Part shown: positions 35,401-44,110 of the stretch, piece by piece
Layout of the letters: each line of letters begins with the position of its first letter
Numbering within the stretch: position 1 is the stretch's first letter
Source of the DNA: Escherichia coli 042
GTDB lineage: Bacteria > Pseudomonadota > Gammaproteobacteria > Enterobacterales > Enterobacteriaceae
Assembly: GCF_000027125.1 (NCBI RefSeq)
Contig: NC_017626.1
Direction: 5' to 3' (one strand)
DNA: 64,000 nucleotides
Program-made: the position numbers and the translations under genes
Notes under the pieces: generated by a model
The model's input: the letters and a program-made list of their open reading frames with translations, nothing else
What the model was told of the DNA's origin: nothing
The model's database searches: none

Positions 35401-35788
35401 GGATTATGCTACCTCTGCGGCCAATAACTGGAAGTATTAACCATCCTTTTTTAACTTGGAATGCTTTATCAAAATCACTTTGTGAATCGACATTTAACAA
35501 TGACCTTGCTTTTTCACGTAGAGCTTTGTTAGGTGATAATGAACTTGCAAGAACTAACGCTAATGATGATTTCCCACTTCCATACGGACCAGTCCATGTG
35601 AAAGCTCGCTGTTGGCTATTCAGAACCTGCTTGGACATGTTTTCAAGAACGCTTTGTGCCGTGCCATTGCATACATATCCATCAAGCGCATCTTCGCGGC
35701 CAAGATCAGCATCAATACGGATGGAACGTTGGTATTGTCTCGCAATGCGAACCTGTTCTGAAAGAAGGTTTTTATTATGTTTAGTCAT
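32456..35788 (-). CDS. sspC: Large P-loop ATPase (DUF499/BrxC-like; SspC-like)
   Basis: Track ORF 32456..35800 starts at a TTG; the ATG is at 35788. Walker A is GPYGSGKSS and Walker B is LLIIDELGK. The ~1110-aa size fits DUF499-type ATPases. Confidence 0.65.
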   Translation of the reverse strand: MTKHNKNLLSEQVRIARQYQRSIRIDADLGREDALDGYVCNGTAQSVLENMSKQVLNSQQRAFTWTGPYGSGKSSLALVLASSLSPNKALREKARSLLNVDSQSDFDKAFQVKKGWLILPVIGRRGSIIQQISQTLNNVCGSDKDYKKSASLLIKHICSAADEAKLDGTLLIIDELGKFLEASALGNGDDIYFYQELAESAARTNGKVIILGILHQSFGQYAVRLGLETREEWTKIQGRYADIPLVAGSDEVVELIGKALDVKKRPKYTQKVAQVVADAIYDRRPMVGKQYDYALSKCWPLHPVMAALLGPISKRQFGQNERSTFGFLSSSEPFGFQNYLNLTTFEEATWYLPSNYFDYLRANLEQLILASNDGHRWAQAVDAVERAEAKSDNILHIDLIKCIAILDLFKDGSGLTAETSILESLFLNTSIENIRSALEDLSKWRVIIFKKHTGAWSVFEGSDFNIDQAVAQSRATMLGTDFSQLNKIANLYPVIAKRHYHQTGTFRWMNIALCHLNEVKKYSEEFQPRNGEFGLFLLALPERNVNEEQAKIICADASRSKPWPIVAGIPHNYLRIEDLGAELLALQIVQTKRGHELQGDAVARREVQARISATQSTLEEQLAEALATAEWCIDSAQAEPKGTLSSIASSLADNIYYKAPRLWSELVNRDNLSSNSVKARKELLYRMLENEGELHLGIEGYPASRGLYETILHRTGLYAKHHDGYYHFLPAVSDKHSSFYGLWKKTHDFIKNKNQMISVSDIHTLWAKPPFGLKKGVIPIIFMAFLLASKSNIAIYKDGLFIPTFTDADIDEYLQDEKRFSLRWIVIDDEKQKILVGIGKLLDSIGLMSNSAEPLEAARSLVAMIVGLPNWTQRTARLSSNAKKVRDTLLKASDPHKVLFIDLAAALNVESGKNYVDALQAPVKELWSAYDKLLDQFASRMLKALNANKDDLSTLRKRAETLSGITGELRQDAFSTRLATYDGSHYSIEGILSLAANKPPRDWNDRDIDLALMEIANFALRFRQSEALVSIQGRKPSSEAFAVVIGAGSEMKTFKHEFSIPEQFNHQIDNLAGELIRTLSGKGLNPDIIMAALGKACIKIAQHDVEVKND

Positions 35789-36671
35789 AAGCCTTTCCAA
35801 GCATGTTCAATTTAATTACTTCTGTTTCTGATGTTTTACGATGAACCTGGCGTAAACCAGCTGTATCAGTCCATATAAATGAACCTTCAGTTAACTCTTC
35901 TAATGCGAATAATCGTTCTGCAATAGAGTCTTCATCGAGCTTAAATACTCTACCCGGAGAACCGTCCCCATATGCAATTGTTTCGAAGGATAATGAGCTG
36001 AGATTTAGGGCCTTACGCTCCCAATAATCGATCAGAGCATAAGCAAATACACCATCAGACAAAGTAATCTTTGGACCTCGACGAAATGAAAAGTGTCCTT
36101 TTTTTTCTTCAGCTAGTAAACCTAATTCACCAAGCATAGGTTCGGCAAAGTCTTCAGGAGTGGTTCCACTCGACCGCGGTGCATAACTACGCAAACATGT
36201 CTCAATATCTCGAGAAAGTGTCATTGGTGATAGTTTTCTCCCAGGACAACATTGCGTAGCATAGTCAGCTAAAAGAGCCCGGAGGTCTTCTTGTGTAAAA
36301 GATGAAGAAACAACATGGTTAAATAACCAGTACCAAGTTGTCGAGCGTTCTCCTTTTCCTGAAAGCTTCCAATGGCTAAGCCATGCTGTCGAGGGATGCT
36401 CTGAATAAGGATCAAGCCCATGTTCGCTAAATATTTTAATAGCAAATTCTGTAAGTTTGAATTTACCATCCTCTTCTCGCATTACTTCACAGGCGAGTGC
36501 CCAATGCTTGATTGATGCGACCATGTTTTTGCCTACACCAAATTTGGCAATGGCCTCATCATTCGAAAAAACCGATTTGTCAATAGAACCATCCGGCGCT
36601 GCATAACTGCAGGTTTTTTTTAACCACATTTGTCTTAGTGGGAAGGTCTCGTGACCTGAAAAGTGAGCCAT
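35781..36671 (-). CDS. sspB: DUF4007-family protein (SspB-like)
   Basis: 296-aa ORF. The N-terminus MAHFSGHETFPLRQMWLKK matches my recollection of the DUF4007 signature. It is the first gene of the three-gene overlapping operon. Confidence 0.65.
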   Translation of the reverse strand: MAHFSGHETFPLRQMWLKKTCSYAAPDGSIDKSVFSNDEAIAKFGVGKNMVASIKHWALACEVMREEDGKFKLTEFAIKIFSEHGLDPYSEHPSTAWLSHWKLSGKGERSTTWYWLFNHVVSSSFTQEDLRALLADYATQCCPGRKLSPMTLSRDIETCLRSYAPRSSGTTPEDFAEPMLGELGLLAEEKKGHFSFRRGPKITLSDGVFAYALIDYWERKALNLSSLSFETIAYGDGSPGRVFKLDEDSIAERLFALEELTEGSFIWTDTAGLRQVHRKTSETEVIKLNMLGKAYD

Positions 36672-37502
36672 GACTTATCCTAATGCGATAACAACTTTGT
36701 ATAAGCTGATTGTACAGGAACTGGAGAGTTTCACCAGTGGCGGCTTTTGGACATCATTGGGGTGGCGTAGCGGTTTTTTTTTTATTTTTTTCGTTAAAAT
36801 ACATATTGTTAATTGTTTTTTATTGCGGAGGGGAACTGTCTATATCTTCTCATGCATCGGGATTTTTAACAGGCCTGAGCTGGCATGTTCTACCGTTTCA
36901 CACAGAAAGGAACAGTTAGTTTCAAACGGATACTTATCAATCAGTGGTGTGAGAAATGCTAAGAGTGGGAAACGCACTTAATTTTATGATTTCTTAGTGA
37001 CCAGTTTTTAACCATGAGCTAATCTTAAAATCTGATTTTTATCAATGAGTTAATGTTGATGTACTATGCGGCAATGAATGAAGTGTATTGCCATTCCGAA
37101 TTTTTGCTCATTTTTTAGCCATTTCCATACTTTTTTGCGTGAATATTTTATGAACAATGTTCCTTTCATAACTTATCTGTCTCAAATGATACGTTTGGAG
37201 TTTACAATTACTAAATATTTAATGTAAGTGGGAACAGCTATTTTTTGTTCATATTAGCTCCCAGCAGCAAAAGATGATGTAATTCATCCGGTGCAGAGAT
37301 AATATAGGAATGGATAATCTGGAGAGCGACTCTGCAGGCTGATATTGCGGTTTTGCGGCAAGTTTTTGGCATCCGCTTCTACGCCAAATACCTGAAGTAG
37401 GAATGGATGCGTTAGCAGCATACATCCGGATCTGCGCGGGGAATAGCCGGAAACGGCTATCCCTACCACAATAGCTAACTTTGTAATAGTGCCCTTTTAG
37501 GC

Positions 37503-38534
37503 TCATGTACTCTGACGTAATTCTATCTGGTAGTTGAATTGCACGATACGCGACTCTTCTGATTCATCATGATTATTATTCAATAGCCCAATCAGTAACT
37601 TACCCGTCTCTATCCCCATTTTTTTGTAGTCAATACGGATGGATGTCAAGGTTGGGTGTGTTTGATCGCAATTGTCTGAACCATCAAGACAAGCTACAGC
37701 GATATTTTCAGGAATTTTTAACAAACGCCGCTGGCACTCAAACATGATACCCAGCGCAATCTCTTCGTGGCTGCAAATCACAGCATCCAGCTCTGGTTGT
37801 CGCAGTAATATCTCGTTTAATGCGTAACGCCCCAATTGCAGACTTGCGGCATCCGGCATGGTGATAACAAGATCAGAGTTCTGGTAATGGCTCAACATTG
37901 CTTTATGCCAGCCGTTCAGTTGCTGACGTTGCAGGCGGTTGTCCATATGCGCACCGATAAATCCGATATTCTTATAACCCTGTTCCAGCAGATGTTCGGT
38001 CAGTTTATGTGATGCTTCAAAAAATGCTGTTTCGATGGTAATTTGAGCCGGACTGAAAGGGGAACCGACAACGTTAATGGTAGGTATATTTGTTTTCTCG
38101 AGTATCTGGTGAGTTTTATCAGCCAACTGAGAACCAAAAATAACTAACGCCGCCGGGTTGCCTTGAAGAAGCGTCATCAGAATTTCAGCTTCTTTGAGCT
38201 GATTATACTCATGACACCCAAGCAGTAGCTGGAATTCATTTTTATTAAGCACCTGCTGCAACGACTGCATAAAGCGGGAGCTGGCTTTATCTGTCAGGGA
38301 AGGAACCAGTACGGCGACTGTATCACTGTGACCAGATGCAAGGGCGCCAGCAGTTCTGTTGGGAATATAACCCAACTCTTCTACGGCCTGTTCTATCTTT
38401 TCCCTCAGCTTGTCAGATACCTGTTCCGGTGTTCTCAGCGCACGGGAAACGGTCATGGTTCCGACACCTGCAAAGTTAGCGACCTCCTGCAGCGTCACCC
38501 GTCCGGTACCACGGCGCTTACGTGTTTTTTCCAT
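37503..38534 (-). CDS. LacI-family regulator (GntR/IdnR-like)
   Basis: 343-aa ORF with the HTH VTLQEVANFAGVGTMTVSRALRTPEQVS and a periplasmic-binding-protein-like core. Confidence 0.85.
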   Translation of the reverse strand: MEKTRKRRGTGRVTLQEVANFAGVGTMTVSRALRTPEQVSDKLREKIEQAVEELGYIPNRTAGALASGHSDTVAVLVPSLTDKASSRFMQSLQQVLNKNEFQLLLGCHEYNQLKEAEILMTLLQGNPAALVIFGSQLADKTHQILEKTNIPTINVVGSPFSPAQITIETAFFEASHKLTEHLLEQGYKNIGFIGAHMDNRLQRQQLNGWHKAMLSHYQNSDLVITMPDAASLQLGRYALNEILLRQPELDAVICSHEEIALGIMFECQRRLLKIPENIAVACLDGSDNCDQTHPTLTSIRIDYKKMGIETGKLLIGLLNNNHDESEESRIVQFNYQIELRQST

Positions 38535-38679
38535 TTCGACTCCATGGATAATTACAACCAGCTGTTTTCATTACTTTTATTTCACCATTACTCTTTCCAG
38601 TTTTTGCCCACGGTAGCAAATATCCTGTTGCATTGTATATGCAGGAACCGAATATAGCCAAAGCATGGCGGCAGAGAAA

Positions 38680-38727
38680 TGATAGCGCTATCACAAAGAT
38701 TGGTAGCGTTATCAGATAGCGCTATCA
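38680..38727. promoter_or_regulatory. Three LacI-type palindromic operators
   Basis: TGATAGCGCTATCA (38680-38693, perfect), TGGTAGCGTTATCA (38701-38714) and AGATAGCGCTATCA (38714-38727), in the divergent regulator/PTS intergenic region. Confidence 0.7.
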
Positions 38728-38804
38728 AATGCGACAATCATCACATTAATTAATGCGTAAAATATCTACTCTCCTGTTAATTATCATCGGGAGTTATCAG
38801 TAGC

Positions 38805-39248
38805 ATGTTAAAAAATCTATTAAATACAGAGGTCGTTCAGGTCGTGGAACAGGCCAAAGACTGGCGGGAAGCCGTGGCGATTTCATGCCGGCCGTTGATT
38901 GAAAACGGTTCTATCGAACCGCGTTATGTTGATGCGATCTATCGCTCGCACGACACTATCGGTCCGTACTATGTGGTTGGCCCTGGTATTGCGATGCCTC
39001 ATGCGCGCCCGGAAGAGGGAGCTAACAAGCTGTCATTAGCACTGACCCTGATCCCTTCAGGTGTGAATTTTGATGCCGATGAAAACGATCCAGTGAAATT
39101 ACTGATTGTGCTGGCTGCAACCGACAGTACCAGCCACATTGAAGCGATTTCTCAACTCGCCAAGTTATTCGATAACGAAAAAGACATACAGGCCATTTTG
39201 ATGGCCAAAACGACGCAGGACATTTTGTCTGTTATTGCGCGCTATTAA
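38805..39248 (+). CDS. PTS EIIA component (EIIA-2, UlaC-like)
   Basis: 147-aa ORF with the GIAMPHARPEEG phosphorylatable-His motif. Confidence 0.85.
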   Translation: MLKNLLNTEVVQVVEQAKDWREAVAISCRPLIENGSIEPRYVDAIYRSHDTIGPYYVVGPGIAMPHARPEEGANKLSLALTLIPSGVNFDADENDPVKLLIVLAATDSTSHIEAISQLAKLFDNEKDIQAILMAKTTQDILSVIARY

Positions 39249-39263
39249 TCCAGAGGAACATTT

Positions 39264-39551
39264 ATGAAAATTACAGTGGTTTGCGGTAACGGCTTAGGCA
39301 CCAGCCTGATGATGGAAATGAGCATTAAAAGCATTTTGAAGGATTTGTCCGTCAGCGCTGATGTTGATCACGTCGACCTGGGCTCCGCGAAAGGGACGCC
39401 GAGTGATATCTATGTCGGCACCAAAGACATTGCCGAGCAGTTAGTCGCGCAGTCTGTCGCAGGCAAAATCGTCGCACTGGAAAATATGATTGATAAGAAA
39501 GCCATGAGAGAACGTTTATCCGTGGTATTAAACGAATTAGGCGCACTGTAA
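39264..39551 (+). CDS. PTS EIIB component (UlaB/SgaB-like)
   Basis: 95-aa ORF MKITVVCGNGLGTSLMM with the active-site Cys near the N-terminus. Confidence 0.85.
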   Translation: MKITVVCGNGLGTSLMMEMSIKSILKDLSVSADVDHVDLGSAKGTPSDIYVGTKDIAEQLVAQSVAGKIVALENMIDKKAMRERLSVVLNELGAL

Positions 39552-39563
39552 GCTGGGGGCGAT

Positions 39564-40820
39564 ATGGATTTCTTTCGTTTTTTGATGAGCGATGTACTTT
39601 CCGAACCCGCAGTGCTGGTCGGTTTAATCGCCCTGATTGGCCTGATTGCACAGAAAAAACCGGTAACCGAATGCATTAAAGGTACCGTCAAGACCATTAT
39701 GGGGTTTGTGATTTTAGGCGCAGGGGCGGGTTTAGTTGTGTCGTCACTGGGTGACTTCGCAAACATTTTCCAGCATGCCTTTGGTATTCAGGGTGTAGTG
39801 CCGAACAATGAAGCCATTGTTTCCGTAGCGCAGAAAAGCTTCGGGAAAGAAATGGCGATGATTATGTTCTTTGCGATGGTTATCAACATTATGATTGCCC
39901 GTTTCACACCGTGGAAATTTATCTTCCTGACCGGTCATCACACGTTGTTTATGTCGATGATGGTAGCGGTAATTCTGTCAACAGCAGGCATGACCGGCAT
40001 TACGCTTATAGCCGTTGGCTCTTTGGTTGTTGGCGTGGCAATGGTCTTTTTCCCGGCTATTGCGCATCCGTACATGAAGAAAGTGACCGGTTCTGATGAC
40101 GTTGCCATCGGCCACTTCTCAACATTATCTTATGTATTGGCTGGTTTCATCGGCAGCAAGTTTGGTAATAAAGAGCACTCGACTGAAGACATGAATGTGC
40201 CGAAAAGTCTGCTGTTCTTGCGCGACACGCCGGTTGCTATCTCTTTTACCATGAGCATAATTTTCCTGGTGACGTGCCTGTTTGCGGGTGCAGATGCGGT
40301 GAAAGAGCTTAGCGGTGGTAAAAACTGGTTCATGTTCTCTATCATGCAATCCATTACCTTCGCAGCTGGCGTGTACATCATTCTGCAGGGTGTGCGCATG
40401 GTGATTGCGGAGATTGTCCCGGCATTCAAAGGTATTTCAGACAAGCTGGTTCCGAATGCCAGACCTGCTCTCGATTGCCCGGTCGTCTTCCCTTACGCAC
40501 CTAACGCTGTACTGGTTGGTTTCCTGAGTAGCTTTGCTGCAGGTTTAATCGGTATGTTCACGTTGTATCTGCTGAACATGATCGTGATTATTCCTGGTGT
40601 GGTGCCGCACTTCTTCGTAGGTGCAGCTGCAGGGGTATTCGGTAATGCAACGGGTGGACGTCGTGGTGCGATTTTGGGTGCCTTCGCTCAAGGCTTGCTT
40701 ATTACCTTCCTGCCAGTATTCTTATTGCCGGTGCTGGGTGATATTGGTTTTGCTAACACCACCTTCAGTGATGCTGACTTTGGCGCACTGGGTATTTTGT
40801 TAGGGATTATCGTTCGCTAA
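39564..40820 (+). CDS. PTS EIIC component (UlaA/SgaT L-ascorbate family)
   Basis: 418-aa polytopic ORF. IKGTVKTIMGFVILGAGAG and ILQGVRMVIAEIVPAFKGISDKLVPNARPALDC resemble UlaA as I remember it. Confidence 0.85.
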   Translation: MDFFRFLMSDVLSEPAVLVGLIALIGLIAQKKPVTECIKGTVKTIMGFVILGAGAGLVVSSLGDFANIFQHAFGIQGVVPNNEAIVSVAQKSFGKEMAMIMFFAMVINIMIARFTPWKFIFLTGHHTLFMSMMVAVILSTAGMTGITLIAVGSLVVGVAMVFFPAIAHPYMKKVTGSDDVAIGHFSTLSYVLAGFIGSKFGNKEHSTEDMNVPKSLLFLRDTPVAISFTMSIIFLVTCLFAGADAVKELSGGKNWFMFSIMQSITFAAGVYIILQGVRMVIAEIVPAFKGISDKLVPNARPALDCPVVFPYAPNAVLVGFLSSFAAGLIGMFTLYLLNMIVIIPGVVPHFFVGAAAGVFGNATGGRRGAILGAFAQGLLITFLPVFLLPVLGDIGFANTTFSDADFGALGILLGIIVR

Positions 40821-40833
40821 TATTTTGATGACA

Positions 40834-40873
40834 TTAATATCCTCCAGGATTTCAGGAACGTGGAGGATATTAA
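40834..40873 (+). terminator. Rho-independent terminator after the PTS operon
   Basis: TTAATATCCTCCA...TGGAGGATATTAA (13-bp stem) followed by a T-rich tail. Confidence 0.6.
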
Positions 40874-40929
40874 TTCCTCTTATTTTCTCCATTTTTCTTT
40901 CTTCCAGTCAGGACTGCATCCGATTAATC

Positions 40930-41496
<567 letters not shown>

Positions 41497-41741
41497 TGAC
41501 CAGTTTTTGTTGACCACTACAAATAAATAAAAGAGTTGCAGTGCTTGCTCGGTAAGAAAACAATGGAAGTTGAGATCCTCAAAGAAGCTGTGGAGTACAC
41601 CACTCTACAGTAGTTGCGCAAATTTGGAGTGGACGATAATGTGATCGTCTATAAGGGCAACGCTATCATAGTCTTGTCCTGGCGGGTAAAAAAGCGCGCT
41701 TACCTTAACGATAAGCGCGCCGCTGTTCAGGCCTTGAGTGG

Positions 41742-42755
41742 TTATTCAATTCCTGTGGTGACTGTAAAAGTGCGCGTTTGCTGCGGTGCAACCTGAATCA
41801 GCGTGCCATTACGTTGCGCGGCAAGATACCCCTCAGGCCGACAGGTTGCAGGTAATGCAAAGGCGGCTACCTGTTGCTCTCCGTTATAAAGGATCCAGCG
41901 TGTCACATAATTTAGTTCAGCACTGTAGAAACGAGTAACAAACGTAGTGCCATCGGGAGAGATCATGCGAAACTCTGGCTGATCTGTATAAGCGTCCAGT
42001 TTGTCTGCAAAGAAGACAATTTCTGGATCATAAAATTCCGGTTGACTCAGCGTCGACAGAGAGGCTTCTCCCTGCATAATCCGTTGATTAAACGCCAGCC
42101 ACTGAGCGGTGGGATTAACATGCGAAGGCACTGATTCACGCAATCTTAATATTTCGTCCGGGATATTCTGGCTGAATGTAGCATTTGGTATATATGCATA
42201 ATTCATGTGGCACATATATTGTAGTGGCATATCTACAGAAGCCAGATTGGTTACGGCCATCTTAATATCGAACAGTGTAGAGGATTTGTGAAGGACCACT
42301 GTTGGTTGAGCCAGATAATGATGACCGAAACCCATTACATACTCGTAACGCCCGTTAAGGCGTAACATATCTCCGTCTAATTCCAGCCATGCTTCATCCA
42401 TCGCGGCACAGGCCATTTCACCGTGTAGCAGATGAGTATCTTCCGCAGATGGGCAGCCATTAGCCAGCAAACCTGAATGAAAAGCAAAACAGCCATAGGT
42501 CTCTATCACCTCTGTCGCCGGTTTAGGCTGGCGAAACATATTGCACATGGTGAGGCCGTGTCCATCAAATTGCGCATCCCAAATCATCTGCCCCATCCAG
42601 GGAAGAATAATCAAATGTCCACGACTGTTTGCAATTTTAAGCCCCTCGACACCGCTGTCATAGCGAAAAGACGTGACAGTAAAATCACTATTTTCCAGCA
42701 AGATACGAGGTTTCTCGCCAAAAAGCGCCCGCCACAAATTAATACGCGTACTCAT
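41742..42755 (-). CDS. deoX: Putative deoxyribose mutarotase (aldose-epimerase-like)
   Basis: 337-aa ORF, last gene of a kinase-permease-X operon divergent from a DeoR regulator. This is the deoQ/deoKPX arrangement known from Salmonella and pathogenic E. coli. Confidence 0.65.
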   Translation of the reverse strand: MSTRINLWRALFGEKPRILLENSDFTVTSFRYDSGVEGLKIANSRGHLIILPWMGQMIWDAQFDGHGLTMCNMFRQPKPATEVIETYGCFAFHSGLLANGCPSAEDTHLLHGEMACAAMDEAWLELDGDMLRLNGRYEYVMGFGHHYLAQPTVVLHKSSTLFDIKMAVTNLASVDMPLQYMCHMNYAYIPNATFSQNIPDEILRLRESVPSHVNPTAQWLAFNQRIMQGEASLSTLSQPEFYDPEIVFFADKLDAYTDQPEFRMISPDGTTFVTRFYSAELNYVTRWILYNGEQQVAAFALPATCRPEGYLAAQRNGTLIQVAPQQTRTFTVTTGIE

Positions 42756-42766
42756 AACGGTTCTCC

Positions 42767-44083
42767 TCAGGACGCTGTGACTTCAGCCAGTGCGGTACGT
42801 ACTTTGCTTTCACGCCAGAAGTAGACTCCGACATAGACAAAGCAGAGCATAGAAACCAGGAATGAAAGCTGTAGTGAGTGGAACATATCTGCAATATATC
42901 CCTGAATTGCCGGAACCACCGCGGCACCGACAATAGCCATAACAATGACTGCTCCTGCCATTTCTGTATGTTCGTTATCAACTGTATCCAGTGTTCCTGC
43001 ATAGATCGTCGCCCAGCAAGGGCCAAACAAAACACTTACCAGGACGGCGACATAGACCGCGCTGAAACTTGGAGCCAGTGCAACATATGCCAGGAACAGC
43101 GCCCCTATAACGGAATAGAGAATCAATACTTTTTCCGGATTAAAACGCGTCATAAGGATGTTGGCTATAAACTTGCCAATAAAGAAGCAGGCAAAGCTAT
43201 AGACCATGAAGTTTGAAGCATCACGTTCGTTGATATCGCCCAACTCCAGCGCCAGACGGATGGTAAATGACCATACTGCGACCTGCATACCCACATAAAG
43301 GAACTGCGCCACAATACCGCGACGAAAGCGCGGATTTCTAGCCAGATAGCGCAGCGTATCCATTGCTGACGGGCGTTTATAGTGACTTGTCTGTGCCACT
43401 TTACAGGTTGGGAAGCGGGTTAAAAGGAACAACACCATGACCACAACCAGAATCATAATCATATACTTATACGGTTCAAGGGTGTTCTCTAACATCAGCA
43501 CCTTAAAGTTGTGAATTTGCTCGGCGTTCATTCCGGACATCTGCTTCTCAAGGCTTTCCCCCTCGGAGAAAACCAGATATTTGCCCAATAAAATACCAGA
43601 CGCAGCACCAATCGGATAAAAGGTCTGGCTGATATTGAGCCGCAATGTGGCATAGGCTTTTGGACCGATCATTGAACTGTATGTGTTCGCTGCAGTTTCA
43701 AGGAAACTCAGGCCAATCGCAATCGCAAAAATAGCTGCAAGGAACATAGTGTAGGTTGCCATATGCGAGGCAGGGAAAAAAAGTGTACAACCACCAATAT
43801 ACAGCGTCAGGCCAATTAAAATTGCCACCTTATAACTGGTCTTTTTAATCACAAGGGATGCTGGTATTGCAATTAAAAAATAACCTCCATAAAATGCGCT
43901 CTGCACCAATGCTGAAGCAAAGTTACTTAGCGAAAATACACTTTTGAATTGAGTGATTAATATGTCATTTAATGCAGCTGCGCATCCCCATAGCGGGAAT
44001 AAACACGATAACAAAATAAACTGGAACAAGGGAGTCTTATTCAGATACCCATCAGGCATCTGAATGATGTTTTTATCGTTCAT
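42767..44083 (-). CDS. deoP: MFS sugar permease (FucP-like), deoxyribose permease
   Basis: 438-aa 12-TM-type ORF between the kinase and deoX. Confidence 0.75.
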   Translation of the reverse strand: MNDKNIIQMPDGYLNKTPLFQFILLSCLFPLWGCAAALNDILITQFKSVFSLSNFASALVQSAFYGGYFLIAIPASLVIKKTSYKVAILIGLTLYIGGCTLFFPASHMATYTMFLAAIFAIAIGLSFLETAANTYSSMIGPKAYATLRLNISQTFYPIGAASGILLGKYLVFSEGESLEKQMSGMNAEQIHNFKVLMLENTLEPYKYMIMILVVVMVLFLLTRFPTCKVAQTSHYKRPSAMDTLRYLARNPRFRRGIVAQFLYVGMQVAVWSFTIRLALELGDINERDASNFMVYSFACFFIGKFIANILMTRFNPEKVLILYSVIGALFLAYVALAPSFSAVYVAVLVSVLFGPCWATIYAGTLDTVDNEHTEMAGAVIVMAIVGAAVVPAIQGYIADMFHSLQLSFLVSMLCFVYVGVYFWRESKVRTALAEVTAS

Positions 44084-44110
44084 AGTGCTACCTTTAACTG
44101 TGCAGGATGA

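Noticed and set aside
36672-37248. AT-rich 580-bp gap upstream of sspB with poly-T tracts and two overlapping ~70-100-aa ORFs (36670-36981, 36710-36919). I also checked it for repeats, a CRISPR array and an attR.
   Set aside because: The ORFs are hydrophobic and low-complexity, read through T-runs, and lack start context. I saw no spaced direct repeats and no leuX 3'-end repeat. It is most simply the sspBCD promoter region and a module junction.
37249-37506. 85-aa minus-strand ORF overlapping the LacI-regulator stop by 4 nt, and an alternative 61-aa frame (37284-37469, VVGIAVSGYSPR...FGVEADAKNLPQNRNISLQ)
   Set aside because: I recognise no family, the sequence is odd and Cys/Arg-rich, and there is no convincing RBS. 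It may be a remnant of a gene that once followed the regulator, but I cannot support a call. BLASTX of 37200-37520 would settle it.
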